Source: a bacterium
GTDB taxonomy: Bacteria; UBA8248
Reading direction: 5' to 3'
Assembly: GCA_965213625.1 (NCBI GenBank)
Contig: CBDBZU010000004.1
Coordinates: forward strand, 1,696,001-1,760,000
Length of the DNA: 64,000 bases
Positions 60,882-64,000 of this stretch are shown here, in pieces. Position 1 is the stretch's first letter; the number at the start of each line of letters is the position of its first letter. Position numbers and translations under genes: made by a program. The notes under the pieces are model-generated. The model was given only the letters and a program-made list of their open reading frames with translations, was not told the DNA's origin and made no database searches.

Positions 60882-63257
60882 GTGACCCCTCCGCCAAAGA
60901 CGAACGCCATCGAGCAGGACGAAGCCGACATTCTGCGGCGCATCGAGAAGCGGCTCCTGTGGCTTTCCACCTACAGCGTCCATTACGCGAACAACCTGCG
61001 CGAAGGCTCCGAGAGCATAAAGATAGGCGGCCACCAGGCGAGTTCTTCCTCCATCGTGAGCCTGATGACGGCCATGTTCTTCCGCTGGCTCAAGACGGGA
61101 GACAGGCTGGCCATCAAGCCCCACGCCTCGCCCGTGCTGCACGCGGCCCACGCGCTCCGGGGTGATCTGCCGATGGAGCGCCTGCGGGACCTGCGCGCCT
61201 TCGGCGGCCTCCAGGCGTATCCCAGCCGTTCGAAAGATGAATTCCCCGTCGATTTCTCCACCGGCTCGCTCGGGCTTCCCTCGGTGGCCGCTTCGTTCGC
61301 GGCGCTCATGCAGTCCTACATCGACGGTCATTTCGGCGTTGGTCCGAGGCAGCGCTTCATCTCCCTGGTGGGGGACGCGGAACTCGATGAGGGGAACATC
61401 TGGGAGGCGCTGGCGGAGGAATACGTGGCGCATCTGGGCAACGTGATCTGGGTGGTGGACCTGAACCGACAGAGCCTCGACCGCGTCGTGCCCGACGGCA
61501 AGGCGCAGCAGATTCGCGATCAGTTCCGGCTGCACGGCTGGCACGTGGTGGAGCTCAAGTACGGAAAGCGCCTGCAAACCGCGTTCGCACTCAGGAACGG
61601 CGAGTCGCTGAGGCGGCGCATCGACGACATGTCGAACAGCGAGTACCAGATGCTCATCGGGAGAAGCGGGGGCGAGATAAGAGAGGGTCTCATGCGCGGT
61701 GAGGCGGGCGATTACAAGGGCCTGGCAGGGATTCTGGACCGCTACCCGGACGAGGAACTGCCCGCGCTCTTATCCGACTTAGGGGGCCACGACATCGAGT
61801 GCATCCTCGAAGCGTTAGAGGAGGCGGACGGCGTTCGTGACAAGCCCGTGATGATCCTCGCCTACACCATCAAGGGCTGGGGGCTTCCCATCGCGGGCGA
61901 CCCGATGAACCACTCCCAACTCCTGACCGAGGAGCAGATCGCGGAACTGCGCGATTCCGCAGGCCTGGGGGAGGGCGAGGAACTGGCGGCCCTGGCGGGA
62001 GAAAGCGCAGAGGCCCGCGCGGTCGAACGAGCGGTGGCGCGCTATGACGCCAGGGCCACCCTCGAAAGAGAAGAGGTCGTCCCCGGTTCCATACCAGAGG
62101 AAGTGGGTGCGAGCTTCGCCACAAAGTCTTCCACGCAGGAGGCTTTCGGCGCCATCATGACGCGACTTGCGCGCGAGGACGCGCTCGCGCGCCACATCGT
62201 CACCACCTCGCCCGACGTGGCGGTGAGCACGAACCTGGGCGGCTGGATCAACCGGCGCGGCGTGTATCACCCCGAGGGCAAGGCGGATTTCTTCTCTTTA
62301 CAGCAGGTGCAGCGGCTCCTCAAGTGGGAGGAGTCGCCTGCGGGCCAGCACATCGAGCTGGGAATCTCGGAGAACAATTTAATGCTCCTGCTCGCCGCCT
62401 TCGGCGTCTCGAAAGAGCTATGCGGGGTGCGCGTCTGCCCCATCGGCACGGTGTATGACACCTTCATCAGCCGCTGCTTGGACGCGCTCCGCTACGCTGT
62501 CTATAACGGCGGGCGCTTCATCGTGGTCGCGACGCCGAGCGGCACGAGCCTATCGCCAGAAGGCGGCGCGCACCAGAGCATCCTGACGCCGGCTATTTCG
62601 CTTGAGATGCCGGGGCTGGAAGCCTATGAGCCGACTTTCGCCGTCGAGGTGGAGTGGCTGCTTCTCTCGGCAATCGGCCGCGTTCTCGGGGATGCCGATT
62701 GCCCGGCGTTTTACCTTCGCCTGAGCACGAAAGCCGTCGATCAGAATCTCCTGCCCGCAGACTGGCTCGCAGACCCCTTGAAGCGCGAGGTGTTGAGAGG
62801 GAACGTACTGGGCGGCGGCTACCTGCTCCACTCGGCAAAGAACACCCCCGGCTACCGCGCGGGCGTGAACGCGGTGAACCTCTTCGTGAGCGGGGTAATG
62901 ACGCCCGAGGTCCTAGCCGCCGCACGCGCGCTTGCGGGCGAGGGCGTATACGCGAACGTGTTCGTCCTCACGAGCGCGGACAGGATATATGCGGAGCACA
63001 AAATGGCGAAAAAAGCGGGCCGCCCCTCGCGCCTCGAGATGATGGTGGGCGATGCGCACCGCGACAACCCGGTCGTCTCCGTTCTGGACGGCCACTCGCT
63101 GGCGCTCTCCTTCCTCGGCGGCGCGCTGGGCGCCGACCAGAGATGCCTGGGCACGGACCAGTTCGGCCAGAGCGGCCTTCCGCACGAGGTCTACGACGCC
63201 TTACAAATCGGACAAGCGCACATCGAGGCGGCGTGCAGGGAGGTTTTGGGGGGTTAG
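60882..63257 (+). CDS. TPP-dependent transketolase-like / AceE-type pyruvate dehydrogenase E1
   Basis: GGHQAS, KPHASP, GDAELDEG, NRQSLD, EGGAHQS. Confidence 0.85.
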   Translation: MTPPPKTNAIEQDEADILRRIEKRLLWLSTYSVHYANNLREGSESIKIGGHQASSSSIVSLMTAMFFRWLKTGDRLAIKPHASPVLHAAHALRGDLPMERLRDLRAFGGLQAYPSRSKDEFPVDFSTGSLGLPSVAASFAALMQSYIDGHFGVGPRQRFISLVGDAELDEGNIWEALAEEYVAHLGNVIWVVDLNRQSLDRVVPDGKAQQIRDQFRLHGWHVVELKYGKRLQTAFALRNGESLRRRIDDMSNSEYQMLIGRSGGEIREGLMRGEAGDYKGLAGILDRYPDEELPALLSDLGGHDIECILEALEEADGVRDKPVMILAYTIKGWGLPIAGDPMNHSQLLTEEQIAELRDSAGLGEGEELAALAGESAEARAVERAVARYDARATLEREEVVPGSIPEEVGASFATKSSTQEAFGAIMTRLAREDALARHIVTTSPDVAVSTNLGGWINRRGVYHPEGKADFFSLQQVQRLLKWEESPAGQHIELGISENNLMLLLAAFGVSKELCGVRVCPIGTVYDTFISRCLDALRYAVYNGGRFIVVATPSGTSLSPEGGAHQSILTPAISLEMPGLEAYEPTFAVEVEWLLLSAIGRVLGDADCPAFYLRLSTKAVDQNLLPADWLADPLKREVLRGNVLGGGYLLHSAKNTPGYRAGVNAVNLFVSGVMTPEVLAAARALAGEGVYANVFVLTSADRIYAEHKMAKKAGRPSRLEMMVGDAHRDNPVVSVLDGHSLALSFLGGALGADQRCLGTDQFGQSGLPHEVYDALQIGQAHIEAACREVLGG

Positions 63258-63399
63258 AAACTCTTCACCTTTTTTGGTCTTAAGTACGACATCCATCAGA
63301 CAATCAAAAATGACGCATCCTCCACGAGCGTGGTATTCTCGCGGACTGCAAGTGTTGAAAATGGGTTTTGTAGGGGCGGCTCGTGAGCCGTCCCTACGA

Positions 63400-63656
63400 G
63401 GGATTCTTGAAAAGCCCCCTCATCGGAGTGCATCGCATCCCCCCACTGATGCGGGATGGATTGCCGGGCGACGGAGAAGAGACGGTCTTTCCGCATCAAT
63501 CGGGCTTTCACCTGTAGGGGCCGCATATATGCGGCCCATGGCGGGCGGCCCAAAAGGCCGGGTCGCATTTATGCGACCCCTACAACAGAAATGACAATGA
63601 CGCCGGAATGACGGCGGTGGTGAATTCCGAGCGAGAAGGGGATTTTCAACAACCCC
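63400..63656. mobile_element. MITE-like element with IS1182-type ends enclosing REP sequences
   Basis: GGGATTCTTGAAAAGCCCC ... GGGGATTTTCAACAACCCC; flanks TACGA/TACAA; adjacent to a GTAGGGGCG..CCCTAC REP. Confidence 0.6.
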
Positions 63657-63704
63657 TACAAGGTCGTAATTTGTCGTATCGATCAGCCTTTGGGAAAAAC
63701 AGAC

Positions 63705-64000
63705 ATGAAGCCGAACATTGCTGAACGTATCAGGAAGTATCCAATGTGGTGCGGAGCAAGCTGGATTGTTTTACTCGGTATTTTGGCTTGGCTTTTTCAT
63801 AGTTGGCCGGGAGGGTTTTGGGATTGGCTGCGAGAGACGCCGAATGGTTATGAATCGGGATCGACGACGTTCCGGAATCTTGGCCTTATTGTTGCGGGAA
63901 TGATTGCTCTTCCGCTCACCCTATGGCGCATCAGGGTGGCGGATCAGCAGGCGAAGGCGGCACAGGAACAGGTGGGGACGTCGCAACAAAGTTTGCTGAA
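63705..64000 (+). CDS. Membrane-anchored protein, probable pentapeptide-repeat family (3' partial)
   Basis: Frame MKPNIAER...ESGSTTFRNLGLIVAGMIALPLTLWR...QQSLL open to the window end; N-terminus recalled from such proteins, repeats not visible here. Confidence 0.55.
   Translation, partial: MKPNIAERIRKYPMWCGASWIVLLGILAWLFHSWPGGFWDWLRETPNGYESGSTTFRNLGLIVAGMIALPLTLWRIRVADQQAKAAQEQVGTSQQSLL

Overview
GC-rich (roughly 60-65% by eye) chromosomal segment of a diderm bacterium. It carries housekeeping blocks: thiC with a TPP riboswitch, serA-hisZ-purA, tatBC, a glmU/glmS/glmM cluster, uvrD, gatC and futalosine-type menaquinone genes. It also has an IS1182 inserted in a REP and IS1182-ended miniature elements. 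The main object is a ~16.3 kb integrative element (15570-31839) bounded by the 11-bp direct repeat TCTATTCTTTT, which contains the -10 box of an outer-membrane porin promoter. The element supplies its own TTGACA -35 to rebuild that promoter. It also carries a second, divergent porin allele in the opposite orientation, with a 282-bp leader identical to the resident one and a third copy of the core site, and encodes two tandem tyrosine recombinases between the two porins. This layout suggests a recombinase-controlled porin swap or phase switch (inference). Other cargo is ssb, DUF4326, a SLOG/DUF2493 protein, an Frpo-like ssDNA hairpin, two toxin-antitoxin pairs and decayed genes. All calls come from reading the sequence; no searches were run.
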